Assembly: GCA_963977015.1 (NCBI GenBank)
Contig: CAXBMO010000013.1
Location: 32,001-96,000 of the forward strand
Reading direction: 5' to 3'
From: an uncultured bacterium
GTDB lineage: Bacteria > Verrucomicrobiota > Verrucomicrobiia > Verrucomicrobiales > DEV007
DNA length: 64,000 nt
Part shown: piece by piece, positions 1 through 10,157 of the stretch
Numbering within the stretch: position 1 is the stretch's first letter
Layout: every line of letters starts with the position of its first letter
Position numbers and translations under genes: made by a program
The notes under the pieces: model-generated
The model's database searches: none
The model's input: only the letters and a program-made list of their open reading frames with translations
Told to the model about the DNA's origin: nothing

Positions 1-2
1 GC

Positions 3-1865
3 GTTGAGTGCGCCGCCACCTTCGAAAATGTCGAGAAGTTGCTGCTCATTCGTTTCCACGTCTTCGTAACCCACCACAAAATGACCGGGAAGACCGACAC
101 CGTGGACGGAAGCCGCTCCGGCGCGATGGGCCAGTTCGATGAAGATGACAGAAAGGGTGATTGGAATTCCCTCGCGATCATCGATCACCTCATTCAGGAA
201 GCTGTTCGAGGCGTTGGCGTAGTCCAGCCGGCTGCCATGAAAGCCATTTTGCTGAAACATGAAGTCGCGAACGGCATGGACGATTTCACCTTCGGTCGCT
301 TCCGGTTCCAGAGTTTCGCGAATCTCAAGGGCCATGTCACCAATCAGTTCGCGGTAGGATGTAATATCCAACTCGCCGTTTTCGAGCTTGGCAATCAGCA
401 AGGCGCAGTGAACGAGGTCGATTTCGTTCTCTTCACCCTTCAGCGCCTCCGCGAGTTCGGCTCCAATCATCGCGGAATTGGTGTCGCGGACGAGCCGTTT
501 CAACTCCGAAACCCGGAGTTCGAGGTTCGCCTGCAATTCACTGAGCGAGGCGCGGCCTTCGAGCGGTCGTTTCGTCAGTGAGCTAATGACGTTCTCGCGA
601 GAAGCTTCTTTCCCCGTCAAAAACTCCTCCACCAGAGTGGTGAACTCCGACTGAATTTTCGAATCGGGCAGTTCGCTCGAAAGCTCTTCTCCCAGGCGAA
701 AGTTCCGAAATTCGGCTTCAGTTCCGCGGAATTTGCAGAGTCCCACCTTGCCGCCTCGCAGCACCAGGTCTTCGGAGACCGCGACTTCGGTTTCATTGAC
801 GAAGCAGCGAATTCCATCGGGCGAAACGTTCACGCGGATTCGGTTCCAGTCGCCATCGACATAGTCGGGCACCTCCAATTGTTCGAGAATTTCCCAACTC
901 AGCACGTCAGCCCCTTCGAAGCGGGTCAAGCGCAGGTTTCCACCGCTGGGATAAAACCCATAATGAATGTCGCCACCATCCGAGGCGAAAGCGAGCCCGG
1001 CCGCGCCTCTCTCGTCATCGAGTTTCACATCCACTTCCAATTCGTAGGAGTCTCCCGGTAATTCCTCCTGAGACAGGCATAGCGAACGCCCGCCAAAACC
1101 GTTGCCAATTCCCTTCACCTGGATTCGGCCGGCGCGTTGCGACCAGTTGGCCCCCATCACCGTTTCCCAACGTCTTGGATCAAGGGCTCCAATGGTTGCC
1201 CATCGCTCCATCGGCATTGAATTGGGTTTGTTGAGCAATATCTGCAATCCGTTGATCGGAACGGCAAATCCCAGGTTCCTCGTCACCATCGATTTCAAGG
1301 TGATGATCCCCTGGACCTTCCCTTCACGGTCGATCAGTGGTCCGCCGCTGTTTCCCGCTTCCACCGGCATCGCAATTTGAATCAGGGGAAACGGAGCGTC
1401 GCCGATTTCTTCGCGGAGACCGGAAACAACGCCTTCTACCACGCTGAACTTCAGGCCCTGGGGATTGCCCAACGCGACGACCGGTTGGCCCTGGACCAGG
1501 GCATCGGAATCTCCCAAGTCGAGTGCGGGCAACGCTTCGTCGGTTTCGATGCGAATGAGGGCGAGATCCATTTTGCGATCCCAGGCATAAACCTCTGTCA
1601 CCTCATGCTGACTGCCGTCCCGCAACTCGACCTGAATGCGACGGCGATCGTTGATGACATGCCAGTTGGTGGCGATCAAGCCGTCATCTTCGATGATGAA
1701 CCCGGTTCCTGTTGCGCCTCTTTCCCCCCGTCGGCCGTCCTGGTAAATGACGACCACGGATTCGAGCGCTGAATTCGTGAGGTCTTCGACCGATAAGAGA
1801 GTGGTTTCCGCCTGGAGATGGATGATTCCGGCAAGAAAACAGGCGATTCGAGCGATAATCGGCAT
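3..1865 (-). CDS. Secreted trypsin-like (S1C/HtrA-like) serine protease fused to a beta-sandwich domain and a SirB1/Transglut_core2-type domain; runs off the window edge
   Basis: Absent from the ORF track because there is no stop in the window. Manual translation from ATG 1865: MPIIARIACFLAGIIHLQA (signal-like), GTGFII, ATNWHV (His), DLALI (Asp), GNSGGPL (Ser), then NSFLNEVIDDREGIPITLS and GLPGHFVV (SirB1-like). Confidence 0.85.
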   Translation of the reverse strand, partial: MPIIARIACFLAGIIHLQAETTLLSVEDLTNSALESVVVIYQDGRRGERGATGTGFIIEDDGLIATNWHVINDRRRIQVELRDGSQHEVTEVYAWDRKMDLALIRIETDEALPALDLGDSDALVQGQPVVALGNPQGLKFSVVEGVVSGLREEIGDAPFPLIQIAMPVEAGNSGGPLIDREGKVQGIITLKSMVTRNLGFAVPINGLQILLNKPNSMPMERWATIGALDPRRWETVMGANWSQRAGRIQVKGIGNGFGGRSLCLSQEELPGDSYELEVDVKLDDERGAAGLAFASDGGDIHYGFYPSGGNLRLTRFEGADVLSWEILEQLEVPDYVDGDWNRIRVNVSPDGIRCFVNETEVAVSEDLVLRGGKVGLCKFRGTEAEFRNFRLGEELSSELPDSKIQSEFTTLVEEFLTGKEASRENVISSLTKRPLEGRASLSELQANLELRVSELKRLVRDTNSAMIGAELAEALKGEENEIDLVHCALLIAKLENGELDITSYRELIGDMALEIRETLEPEATEGEIVHAVRDFMFQQNGFHGSRLDYANASNSFLNEVIDDREGIPITLSVIFIELAHRAGAASVHGVGLPGHFVVGYEDVETNEQQLLDIFEGGGALN

Positions 1866-1969
1866 TTGGGCAGTGTATGAAGAGTTAATAAGATGGCGAT
1901 CAAAAAGCGGCCAAAGCAGAGCGGGAGGAATTGAACAGAAACGAGATCAAATTCGTATGAGGTGGTGGA

Positions 1970-2545
1970 ATGATCAAAAACAGCCTTCTCATTGATTGTG
2001 GCAGTTCAAAAGTGAACGACCTGATGACGATCGCGGATTCTCTGGGCGTGAAAATGGGGAAAGTTGGATTGGATGAGGCAAATCTCACTGACTTCACGGG
2101 AGTGGATGCGCTCATTATTTCAGGTGGACCTCATCTTTTTACCGGTTCGGAAGGCGAAGCGTTGCGATCGAAGTTTGATTTTCTTCCTGCAGTTTCCGTG
2201 CCGATTCTTGGAATTTGCCTGGGTCACCAGGCTCTTGCCTTGATGGCCGGAGGCTCTGTTTATCGGGGAGAGGAGGAGAGGAGCGCGGCAAAGATCGAGC
2301 TGTTGGATCGGGAGCATGGCTTATTTGCCGGAATTCCAGATTCGACCAGCTTCGGAGAAGATCACTGCGAAGGAGCTAACGCGCCTCCCGGTTTCACGGT
2401 GTTGGCGCGTTCGAAAAACTACGCGAACGAGGCGATGGCCAACAACCGGACTGGTCGCTATGGAGTCCAGTTTCACCCGGAAATTTCGGGAGAATCCGGT
2501 CGGCGATTGATCCGGAATTTTTTCGATCTGGTCGCAAAAAAGTAA
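1970..2545 (+). CDS. Stand-alone class I glutamine amidotransferase (GuaA/TrpG-like GATase domain)
   Basis: LIDCGS, IISGGP, PILGICLGHQ (catalytic Cys), GVQFHPE (His-x-Glu); no synthetase domain. Confidence 0.85.
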   Translation: MIKNSLLIDCGSSKVNDLMTIADSLGVKMGKVGLDEANLTDFTGVDALIISGGPHLFTGSEGEALRSKFDFLPAVSVPILGICLGHQALALMAGGSVYRGEEERSAAKIELLDREHGLFAGIPDSTSFGEDHCEGANAPPGFTVLARSKNYANEAMANNRTGRYGVQFHPEISGESGRRLIRNFFDLVAKK

Positions 2546-2600
2546 TTTCTTCGAAGCTAAGCATCGACGAAGGCGAAAGAGAGCGATAAGCTGGTGGTTC

Positions 2601-5600
2601 ATGCCTCGCTACATCGTTTTTTTTGCGGTTTGGCTCGTTTTGGTCGCCAGGAGTTCTGCAGCTGATCGTGCTCTCACGCTCAGCTACGGAACCGATTTGG
2701 TTGAGGCCTGGATCCCGGGGCAGCACGTGTATGTGAAGGGCAATTTGGGAATCAGTTCGGGGCAACTGAACCAGTTGGAGGCCTGGATGGATGATCATGG
2801 TGAAAATTGGATCATCCTGCTCGCTCAAAATGCGTCAGGGGAGCAAATCCGCGATGCCGCCGGAAATCGATACATGGGGATCGAGGCGGTGGAAGTTGCC
2901 GCTAACGTGATCGTCAGAAATCAGACCGAGTTTGGTGAACTCACCGATTCCCGTTCGGGCGAAAAAAGTGGATCGGTTTTCATTCTCTTTCTCTCGGAAC
3001 GAAAGTTTTCCTACTCAGGAGGGGAAGTTCACGAAACAAGAGGCCTTGGCGCCAAAAACTGGTCGGGAGATCTCGATCGCCCGGCGTTTCGCGCCATGTC
3101 GGGCGGCGGACGGGTGATCGATGCGGTCAAAGGCACTGTTAAAGAAGTGACGCGTCGCTTGGATCAGCAGTTTCAGATCGAGCGTGAACGGCGGCAGCGT
3201 GAGATTGAAGCGGCAAAACGTCTTCATGCCGAGGCCGAGTCGCTGTTGGAGCAGGCAGGCAGTGAACTGGACGAGTTGGAAGAGGCCGTCAATGTGTTTG
3301 TCGACGCCAACGGAAATCCTCCTGGAGATTTGGCTCGACCACCACTCAGCGACTTTCGAAAGCAGTTGGAAGAAGCTGCGTTGGCTCTCAACGCAGAAAA
3401 AGTCGATGCCGGGTTGCGGCAAATTCGCCAGGTCAGGGATTTTGTTCGGGTTCATGCCGGTGCGCTCTTGGATTATCCTCAAGCTGGCGACCGGTTTGCC
3501 GGTTTAGCCGCTGAGTTGGCAGAGGTTGAGCCTGGAGATGAAAATTGGGGGCGCGAACGGCTAAAACTGGCCGAGAAAGAGTTGGAGCTTGCCGAAGACG
3601 CCCACAGCAAGGCGGATTCGACCTATGTAACGCATTTGAACAACGCGATTGAGGCTTTCGATTCGGCAAAGGTAGAGATTCGCCGTGCGGAAGAAGAGTT
3701 GCGCCGAAAGCAGCAGGAAGAAGCGCGCCTGGTTGCGGAGAGGGAGAAGAGAGAACGGCTGAGCAGAGTGTTCGCAGTTACCGTGGAGATTTTACTGGTT
3801 CTGGGGGCGATTGGTACCGCGTGGTGGCTCAGTCGACGTCGTCGCAGCACGAAGATGGCGGCGTTGAGCTTGTATGACAGTTGGGATCGGGGAGTGCGGG
3901 AGCAAACCGACGCACTCTTCGGGCTGCTCGACCGAAGCGCCACCGTTGTTGGCTCCGCCGCAAACCTGGCGGAACGAGGCTATTCCGGGGAGACGCTGAG
4001 ATTGAGCAAGCAAATCATCGAGGACGTGGATGAGCTTTTCATCATGTCAGCCTGCGTCCGGCGGGTCCTCAAGGATGTCGGGCAACTGATTCGGCCTACG
4101 AATCCGTTGCTACAGATCTTCAATCAATTCTTTGCCGATCGCTACGATCGCGGAAATCGGCGCCTGCGGGATGAACTGATTCGCTTTCATCCCGATGAGG
4201 GAATTGAACCGATCTTGAGGGACGAACGGGGTGAGCCCGAGCGGATTTTGGGACATTTGGAAGCTCATCAAGCCTTTGAATTGTCATTTCCAGCTTTGAT
4301 TGAAGCCTGCAATCAGCATGTAACGCGAGCGACGCAAAACCTGGGAATCGTCGAAAAGGCCTGGGCTTCGATCAGCGAAACGCAGGAAGCTCTGCAGACG
4401 GACTGTGATTCCCTGGCTGGGCTGGAACGGAAACTGGCCTCCGCCGCGAGTGAGGATGGCTTTTTCGCGGTTGAGAATCTGTTTGATCAGCTCATCCCCG
4501 AAATCCAGAACTTGCTGGATCGGACGGTGGATTTAGGGACAACTGATCCGGTGGGGGCGTTGAATGATCCGGCGAAGGATGCCCGCCGCCTGATTCGCAA
4601 CGGCATTTCGCTGGCGGAAGTTCTTCTCCGGGCCAGAAAGCAGCGTTTTGCGGCCATGAAGTCCAAGAGCGAGCAGCTGCGAAAAGACGGGGTGGAAACG
4701 GGATGGATCGGGCGTTTTCTCGCGGAATACTCGCTGGAAGCGGACGGAATCGCCGAGGCCGCAATCGAGCACGACGTTTCCAAGTCGATCAGCGATCTTG
4801 AAGCCAGGATCAACAAATTGGATCAGCGGATCTCAAAAGCGCTGAAGCTTTCCGAAAGCGTTGGAGAGATCGCCAAAGAGCACATCGAGACGGTGCAGAA
4901 AAGTGTCGATGAGGCGCGGAAAACGCTTTCCGAGAAGCTCCAGCTACCGGGGGAGGAGGTTTTGGTCGAATCGGGGCTTAATCCCGATGATCGGCTGATG
5001 GAGGCGGTCAAATTGCAAAATGCCGCTCAAATTGCCCTCAACCGTGGTGGCGTCGATGCCGCAGAGGCCGCCCTCGTGGCGGCTCACGAGGAAACTGAGG
5101 ACGCCATGGGACTGATTGCCGTGAGCAAAGCGGCATTCGAGAAGCATGAAGAGAGATCGCGGCAGGTTGCGAAAACCACCGGTTGGCTGGATGTCCAAAT
5201 CGAGAAACACACGGCGATTCTGCAAAAGCTACAGAAGCGCTATTTGCCGCCGGCGTTGCGCCAATTCCACGAGGAGCCGAGCACAACCGTCGAGGACAAC
5301 ATCTCGGAGGCAAGCAAGGCGCTCGATGAAGCCAGGTTGCTCACCATGGAGGCCGAAGAGGCGTTTAAGGCCGGTCGCCTGATTGAGTCGGCCTCATTTC
5401 GTGAGCAGGTTGCCAATTTGCATCAGTTCGTTCAAACCCTGTTGGGCGAAATCAAGGATCAGGCCGATCGCTTGAAGCGGCTCGAAAGCGAGAATCTGCA
5501 CGACTTTCACCGGCTGGAGGATCGAGCCGACGCGATGAGGATTCAGGCGAAAGATTCCCGGACGATGCGGGCGAGTATCGAACAGTTTGACGAAATTCTG

Positions 5601-6428
5601 GCTGACGTCAGCGCGGTTGGCGAAAGTCTGTCGGATGGAGTGGCGGACCCAATCGAAGATGCGGCCGTTTTGGAGCAGATTGCCGATCAGCTCAGTGATT
5701 TGTTCAAACGGGTGCAGGCAGACTGGAAACTCCACGAAGAAGCGGGCAGGAGTTTGGCCGCAGCCCGCTCTCAACTGACTGCGGCAGAAGATTTGGTTCG
5801 CCTTGCGCAAACCGATGATCTTCCGGACAGCCCCCAAATCACGGCGCTCGCGGATGAGGTGGAAGCTCTGCGAGGTGGAATCGCGAAACAAGAGGCGAGG
5901 ATGAATGAACCTCATCAAAATTGGAATGCGCTGGATGCGGATGCGGATCGCATTCACACATCGGCCGGACGAGCGACGGCGGCATTGCAGGATGAATTGA
6001 AACGGGCTGAAGATGCGATTCGAGCCATCTCACTCGCGGCTAGAAAGATCCGTCATGCGGCGGGTTGGTCTGGGGCTCATGGCGTTCGGATTCTTGGCTC
6101 GCCGGGAGCCGGGTCTTTGGAGCGGGCCCGCGAACAACTGCTTGTCGGCTCCTATTTGTCGGCGTTGCGACTCGCTGAAGACGGCAGAGCAAAGGCTCAA
6201 CGCGCGTTGGCAAATGCAGAGACGGAAGTTGCCCGCCGAAGACGCGTGGAGCAGCGCCGGAGAGAGGAGGCGCGTCGTCGGGCACTGGAACAGGCACGAC
6301 GGAGCGCGGTTTCGATGACGCGTAGCCGGGGTGGGGGATTTGGCGGCGGATTTGGGGGGAGAGGCGGCAGTGGAATGGGAGGCTCGTCCTTTCGGGGAGG
6401 CTCCGGGATGGGCCGGTCTGGATGGTGA
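2601..6428 (+). CDS. Large membrane-anchored coiled-coil protein with N-terminal exported TPM-like domain and Gly/Arg-rich tail
   Basis: 1275-aa ORF with signal peptide, one TM (VFAVTVEILLVLGAIGTAWWL then RRRR), long Ala/Glu/Leu-rich helical region, ending RGGGFGGGFGGRGG...GRSGW. Confidence 0.7.
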   Translation: MPRYIVFFAVWLVLVARSSAADRALTLSYGTDLVEAWIPGQHVYVKGNLGISSGQLNQLEAWMDDHGENWIILLAQNASGEQIRDAAGNRYMGIEAVEVAANVIVRNQTEFGELTDSRSGEKSGSVFILFLSERKFSYSGGEVHETRGLGAKNWSGDLDRPAFRAMSGGGRVIDAVKGTVKEVTRRLDQQFQIERERRQREIEAAKRLHAEAESLLEQAGSELDELEEAVNVFVDANGNPPGDLARPPLSDFRKQLEEAALALNAEKVDAGLRQIRQVRDFVRVHAGALLDYPQAGDRFAGLAAELAEVEPGDENWGRERLKLAEKELELAEDAHSKADSTYVTHLNNAIEAFDSAKVEIRRAEEELRRKQQEEARLVAEREKRERLSRVFAVTVEILLVLGAIGTAWWLSRRRRSTKMAALSLYDSWDRGVREQTDALFGLLDRSATVVGSAANLAERGYSGETLRLSKQIIEDVDELFIMSACVRRVLKDVGQLIRPTNPLLQIFNQFFADRYDRGNRRLRDELIRFHPDEGIEPILRDERGEPERILGHLEAHQAFELSFPALIEACNQHVTRATQNLGIVEKAWASISETQEALQTDCDSLAGLERKLASAASEDGFFAVENLFDQLIPEIQNLLDRTVDLGTTDPVGALNDPAKDARRLIRNGISLAEVLLRARKQRFAAMKSKSEQLRKDGVETGWIGRFLAEYSLEADGIAEAAIEHDVSKSISDLEARINKLDQRISKALKLSESVGEIAKEHIETVQKSVDEARKTLSEKLQLPGEEVLVESGLNPDDRLMEAVKLQNAAQIALNRGGVDAAEAALVAAHEETEDAMGLIAVSKAAFEKHEERSRQVAKTTGWLDVQIEKHTAILQKLQKRYLPPALRQFHEEPSTTVEDNISEASKALDEARLLTMEAEEAFKAGRLIESASFREQVANLHQFVQTLLGEIKDQADRLKRLESENLHDFHRLEDRADAMRIQAKDSRTMRASIEQFDEILADVSAVGESLSDGVADPIEDAAVLEQIADQLSDLFKRVQADWKLHEEAGRSLAAARSQLTAAEDLVRLAQTDDLPDSPQITALADEVEALRGGIAKQEARMNEPHQNWNALDADADRIHTSAGRATAALQDELKRAEDAIRAISLAARKIRHAAGWSGAHGVRILGSPGAGSLERAREQLLVGSYLSALRLAEDGRAKAQRALANAETEVARRRRVEQRRREEARRRALEQARRSAVSMTRSRGGGFGGGFGGRGGSGMGGSSFRGGSGMGRSGW

Positions 6429-6438
6429 GCGACTCGAG

Positions 6439-7116
6439 CTAGCTCAAGTTGAGCACCTTTTTCAGCCAATCTGCGATATCGCTGATCTCCTCCGCGCAAA
6501 CCGAGTGGGGCATCGGGTAGCTTTCCCATGTTACCTTGAAACCCAGTTCCTCGAGTTTTCCCTTACTCGCCACCGCGTGATCGTGAGCGATCACATCATC
6601 GTACAAGCCATGCCCCATAAAAATCGCCGTCTTGTCCGCGTTGGCCCGGTTCACTTCCTGATCCACGGATTCTGGAACCGGAAGGTAGGTCGAGAGAGCC
6701 ATGATTCCGCCCAAGGCTTCCTTGGTTCGGATTCCGGTGTGGAGAACGATGGCGCCTCCCTGGGAAAATCCGGCGATCACAATCCGGGAGGCCGGAATTC
6801 CCGCATCGGTTTGCTGTTGAATGAGAGCTTCAAGAATTTCAGCCGATTCCCGAACCCCACTTTCATCGGCGCGGCGACTGAGGTCCGTATCGACGATGTC
6901 ATACCAAGCCCGCATTTTGTAGCCACCGTTGATCGTAACGGACCGATAGGGAGCATGAGGAAAAATGAATTTCGTCTTCTGAGTAACCGTTTTTCCCAGC
7001 TCGGGATGAATTCCCTCAAAATCATGGCCATCGGCGCCCAGGCCATGCAGCCAAATGACGCAGGAATCTGCAGTTTCGGGAGGATTGATGACGATGGGAG
7101 GATCTGGCATGTCCAT
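6439..7116 (-). CDS. Phospholipase/carboxylesterase (alpha/beta hydrolase)
   Basis: WLHGLGADG, MRAWYDI, GFSQGG nucleophile elbow, HGLYDDV, MPHSV. Confidence 0.92.
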   Translation of the reverse strand: MDMPDPPIVINPPETADSCVIWLHGLGADGHDFEGIHPELGKTVTQKTKFIFPHAPYRSVTINGGYKMRAWYDIVDTDLSRRADESGVRESAEILEALIQQQTDAGIPASRIVIAGFSQGGAIVLHTGIRTKEALGGIMALSTYLPVPESVDQEVNRANADKTAIFMGHGLYDDVIAHDHAVASKGKLEELGFKVTWESYPMPHSVCAEEISDIADWLKKVLNLS

Positions 7117-7274
7117 AAACTTTAACGGAGAGTGGCGAGAACGGGTTGGGAAGCAAGTTCATTGCCGTTGCTTGGTGTTGATTCTTTTGGCGGCTGGTTC
7201 GTCCAATGCGGAAAACCTGGCATGATCCTTTCGGTTTGCGATCGTGCAAGGTTTGCGCCTTAATTCCCAACCTC

Positions 7275-8177
7275 ATGACGCCCGATCCCGACGGAGATAT
7301 TTCAGAAATTTTGAAGCGTGTCAGGCGTATTGAGTTGAAGACGCGAGGGTTGGTGAGGGACGGAATCGCGGGTGAGTATCACAGTTGCTTCAAAGGGTCG
7401 GGAATCGATTTTGAGGATTTTCGGGAATATCAGCATGGAGACGAAATTCGCTCCATCGATTGGAACGTGACGGCACGGATGGGGGACCCGTTCATCAAGA
7501 AATTCAGCGAGGAGCGCGACCTCACGGTCTTTCTGATCGTTGATGTGAGCGCATCCGGGGACTACGGAAGCATCGAGCAGAGCAAGCGTGAACTGGCGGC
7601 TGAGGTCGCGGCGGTTCTGGCGTTCAGCGCCCTGCAGAACAAGGATAAGGTCGGCTTGATTTTGTTCAGCGGAGACGTCCAGATGGTGCTGCCGCCCAAA
7701 AAGGGGGCGGGCCAGATTCTTCGGGTGATTCGTGAGATTCTCCATTGCAAACCGACCGGAAACCAGACCAATCCGGGTGAGGCATTGAAAACGCTGAGCA
7801 ATCTGGCCAAGCGGCGTTGTCTCGCGTTTTTGGTGAGCGACTTTTTGTTTGAGTTGACCAGTGAAGCCGTCCGGTCGGCGAGTGCGAAGCATGATTTGGT
7901 CGCCATTCAGGTCAGCGATCCAGCAGAGGAAAAGCTCCCGGCGGCGGGCGTTTTGCGCTTTTTGGATCCGGAAAGCGGGAACCATGCGTTGGTCAATACC
8001 TCCAACCCGAACATTCAGCACCTCTACGATCAGGAGCGCGCACAATGGCAGCGGGAAGTGGAGGCGTTTTTCCGCAAACACAAAGTGGATCTCATCAAAG
8101 TCAGCACGGATCCGGAACAGGATTACATGGCGGCATTGCATGCCTTCTTTCGCCAACGGGAAAGGGTTCAGATTTAG
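7275..8177 (+). CDS. DUF58 family VWA-like protein (MoxR/Bat-associated)
   Basis: GEYHSCFKGSGIDFEDFREYQHGDEIRSIDWNVTAR, VDVSAS, VSDF; ATG 7275 preferred over 7206. Confidence 0.9.
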   Translation: MTPDPDGDISEILKRVRRIELKTRGLVRDGIAGEYHSCFKGSGIDFEDFREYQHGDEIRSIDWNVTARMGDPFIKKFSEERDLTVFLIVDVSASGDYGSIEQSKRELAAEVAAVLAFSALQNKDKVGLILFSGDVQMVLPPKKGAGQILRVIREILHCKPTGNQTNPGEALKTLSNLAKRRCLAFLVSDFLFELTSEAVRSASAKHDLVAIQVSDPAEEKLPAAGVLRFLDPESGNHALVNTSNPNIQHLYDQERAQWQREVEAFFRKHKVDLIKVSTDPEQDYMAALHAFFRQRERVQI

Positions 8178-8183
8178 CGACGT

Positions 8184-8741
8184 ATGGAAGGCCAATTGGG
8201 ACAACCTCAGATTCCTGATCTGCCGGAAGACATCATCGGTCCGGATCCAATGATGTCTCTGCTGCCGATGGTGATCACGCTATTGGTCGTGCTTGCCGTG
8301 GCGGCTGTCGGCTTGCGATTGCTCTGGGTTTACCGCCGCAGGACCCGAGTCGCTCCGGAGATTCATCCGGTGACCCAGGCACGGCTCGAATTGGCGCGTC
8401 TGTATGCTCAGGCATCTGAGTGGAGCCCGAAAGAGCTGGCGACCCGGTTGCCGCGGATCGTGAAACAATATCTGGACGCCAAATACGGCCTTCAGATCAC
8501 CAGTCTGACGACGTCGGAACTGTGGGCCAACCAATCGGCCTGGGAGGGGAAGGTTCCGAGGCAACTCATGGAAGGGTTGGCCGCTTTGTTGGATCTTTGC
8601 GATGCGGTGAAGTTCGATTCCTTGGAACTGGGAGACGAAATCAAATCGCAGCTTTTCGAATCGGCCCAATTGGGGGATCTCGCTCCCGATGGAAGCTGGG
8701 ATCTCCAAACCGAGGCGCAAAAAGCGCTGACCAAGACCTGA
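8184..8741 (+). CDS. Bat-locus single-pass membrane protein (DUF4381-like)
   Basis: LPEDIIGP then one TM, LTTSEL and CDAVKF motifs; lies between DUF58 and BatA-like genes. Confidence 0.7.
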   Translation: MEGQLGQPQIPDLPEDIIGPDPMMSLLPMVITLLVVLAVAAVGLRLLWVYRRRTRVAPEIHPVTQARLELARLYAQASEWSPKELATRLPRIVKQYLDAKYGLQITSLTTSELWANQSAWEGKVPRQLMEGLAALLDLCDAVKFDSLELGDEIKSQLFESAQLGDLAPDGSWDLQTEAQKALTKT

Positions 8742-8745
8742 ACCC

Positions 8746-9756
8746 GTGCAGCTAGATCCCCAAGACCAGAGTTTCGCATTTCAGTATTGGTGGTTGCTGC
8801 CGCTCATTCTGCTGTTGCCGCTGCTCGCCATTCTCCGCGGGAAACGGGGAACGCATTCGGCGATTTCCTTTGGATCATTGCACGTCTTGAAGCGTCTCGG
8901 ACCCAGTGTCAAAACCAAGTTTGGCGGGTTTAAGCTTCCTCTTCTCCTTATGCTGACGCTGGCGCTTGGCCTGCTGGCCCTGGCTCGGCCTCAGTTCATC
9001 AGAAAATACAAGGTGGTGAAGGAAAGCGGCATCGAGATGATCCTCGCCATTGACGTTTCGCGATCCATGCTCGTCCAGGACATGATGCTGGCCAACACCA
9101 GGGTCGATCGATTGACTGCGGCCAGGGCCGTGATTCGCAACTTTGTAAGGCGTAGGCCCATGGACCGAATCGGGTTGGTGGCGTTTGCCGGACGACCGTA
9201 TTTGGCGAGTCCCATCACGTTGGACCATGAATGGGTTCAGAAGAGTCTGGGGCGAGTGCGAGTGGGATTGGTTGAGGACGGAACGGCCATTGGATCGGCG
9301 ATTGCGGCGTCTGCGCGACGTCTCGACAAGCGCGAAGCGAAAAGCAAGGTCGTGGTCCTGCTTACGGATGGGTCAAACAATGCCGGGAACCTCGCTCCGG
9401 TTACGGCTGCGGAACTTGCAAATACGCTTGGCGTAAAGATTTACAGTATCGCCGTTGGAACCCCCGGGCAGCATACGATTCCGACTCCCAATGGACCTCA
9501 GGCGCTCAGGCAGGAGTTTGATCGGGAGACGCTTCAAAAGATTGCCGATGCTGCGGGAGGGAAGTTTTTCATGGCCGAAGACACCGAAAACCTGGAACAG
9601 ATTTTCACCTATATCGACCAATTGGAAACTACGGAGCGCGAAGCCAAGGTGCGGATTGATCCGACGGAGTATTTCCAGTTTTTCGTCGCGGCGATGGTTT
9701 TCATCGCGATTTTTCGCCTCGTTGCCAACGAGACGTTTCTGCGAACCTACCCGTAA
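8746..9756 (+). CDS. batA: BatA-like VWA domain membrane protein
   Basis: N-terminal TMs, ALARPQ, MIDAS DVSRS, DRIGLVAFAG, GTAIG, LLTDG, C-terminal TM. Confidence 0.88.
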   Translation: MQLDPQDQSFAFQYWWLLPLILLLPLLAILRGKRGTHSAISFGSLHVLKRLGPSVKTKFGGFKLPLLLMLTLALGLLALARPQFIRKYKVVKESGIEMILAIDVSRSMLVQDMMLANTRVDRLTAARAVIRNFVRRRPMDRIGLVAFAGRPYLASPITLDHEWVQKSLGRVRVGLVEDGTAIGSAIAASARRLDKREAKSKVVVLLTDGSNNAGNLAPVTAAELANTLGVKIYSIAVGTPGQHTIPTPNGPQALRQEFDRETLQKIADAAGGKFFMAEDTENLEQIFTYIDQLETTEREAKVRIDPTEYFQFFVAAMVFIAIFRLVANETFLRTYP

Positions 9757-10031
9757 ACCGTGTCAATTTTTGCCGCGAGATCAAAATCCAGGTGAGTCAA
9801 CCCACCTGCAGAATGGGTGGTCAACGCGAGGTGAACCTTTCGCCAGCGGATGTCGATATCGGGATGATGGTTTGCTTGTTCGGCGAGTTTTGCGATTTCA
9901 TCCACAAAGGAGATCCCATCCAGATAGGCGGAGAACTCAAAAGTTCGTCTGATCTCATTGCCCTCCTTTCTCCAGTTTGGAACCTGGGTGAGGGATGTCT
10001 CAATCGAGGACTTATCGAGAACTTTGGGCAT
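9747..10031 (-). CDS. phhB: Pterin-4a-carbinolamine dehydratase
   Basis: C-terminal part of the 9747..10619 ORF, from ATG 10031: AEQANHHPDIDIRW, LTTHSAGGLT, DFDLAAKID. Confidence 0.9.
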   Translation of the reverse strand: MPKVLDKSSIETSLTQVPNWRKEGNEIRRTFEFSAYLDGISFVDEIAKLAEQANHHPDIDIRWRKVHLALTTHSAGGLTHLDFDLAAKIDTVYG

Positions 10032-10157
10032 AGGGATAGGAAACCCGTTTCTGGTGCTGGAATCAATCAAATTCCAGCTCCACGAACTTTCCAAAACTAG
10101 CTTGTCACTGCCAAAGTTCGAGGCTACGGAAACTGCTAGACCCAAACCCAGACCATC

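Noticed and set aside
39-1772. Plus-strand ORFs 39..581, 879..1061, 1102..1380 and 1377..1772
   Set aside because: Shadows of the minus-strand protease fusion gene
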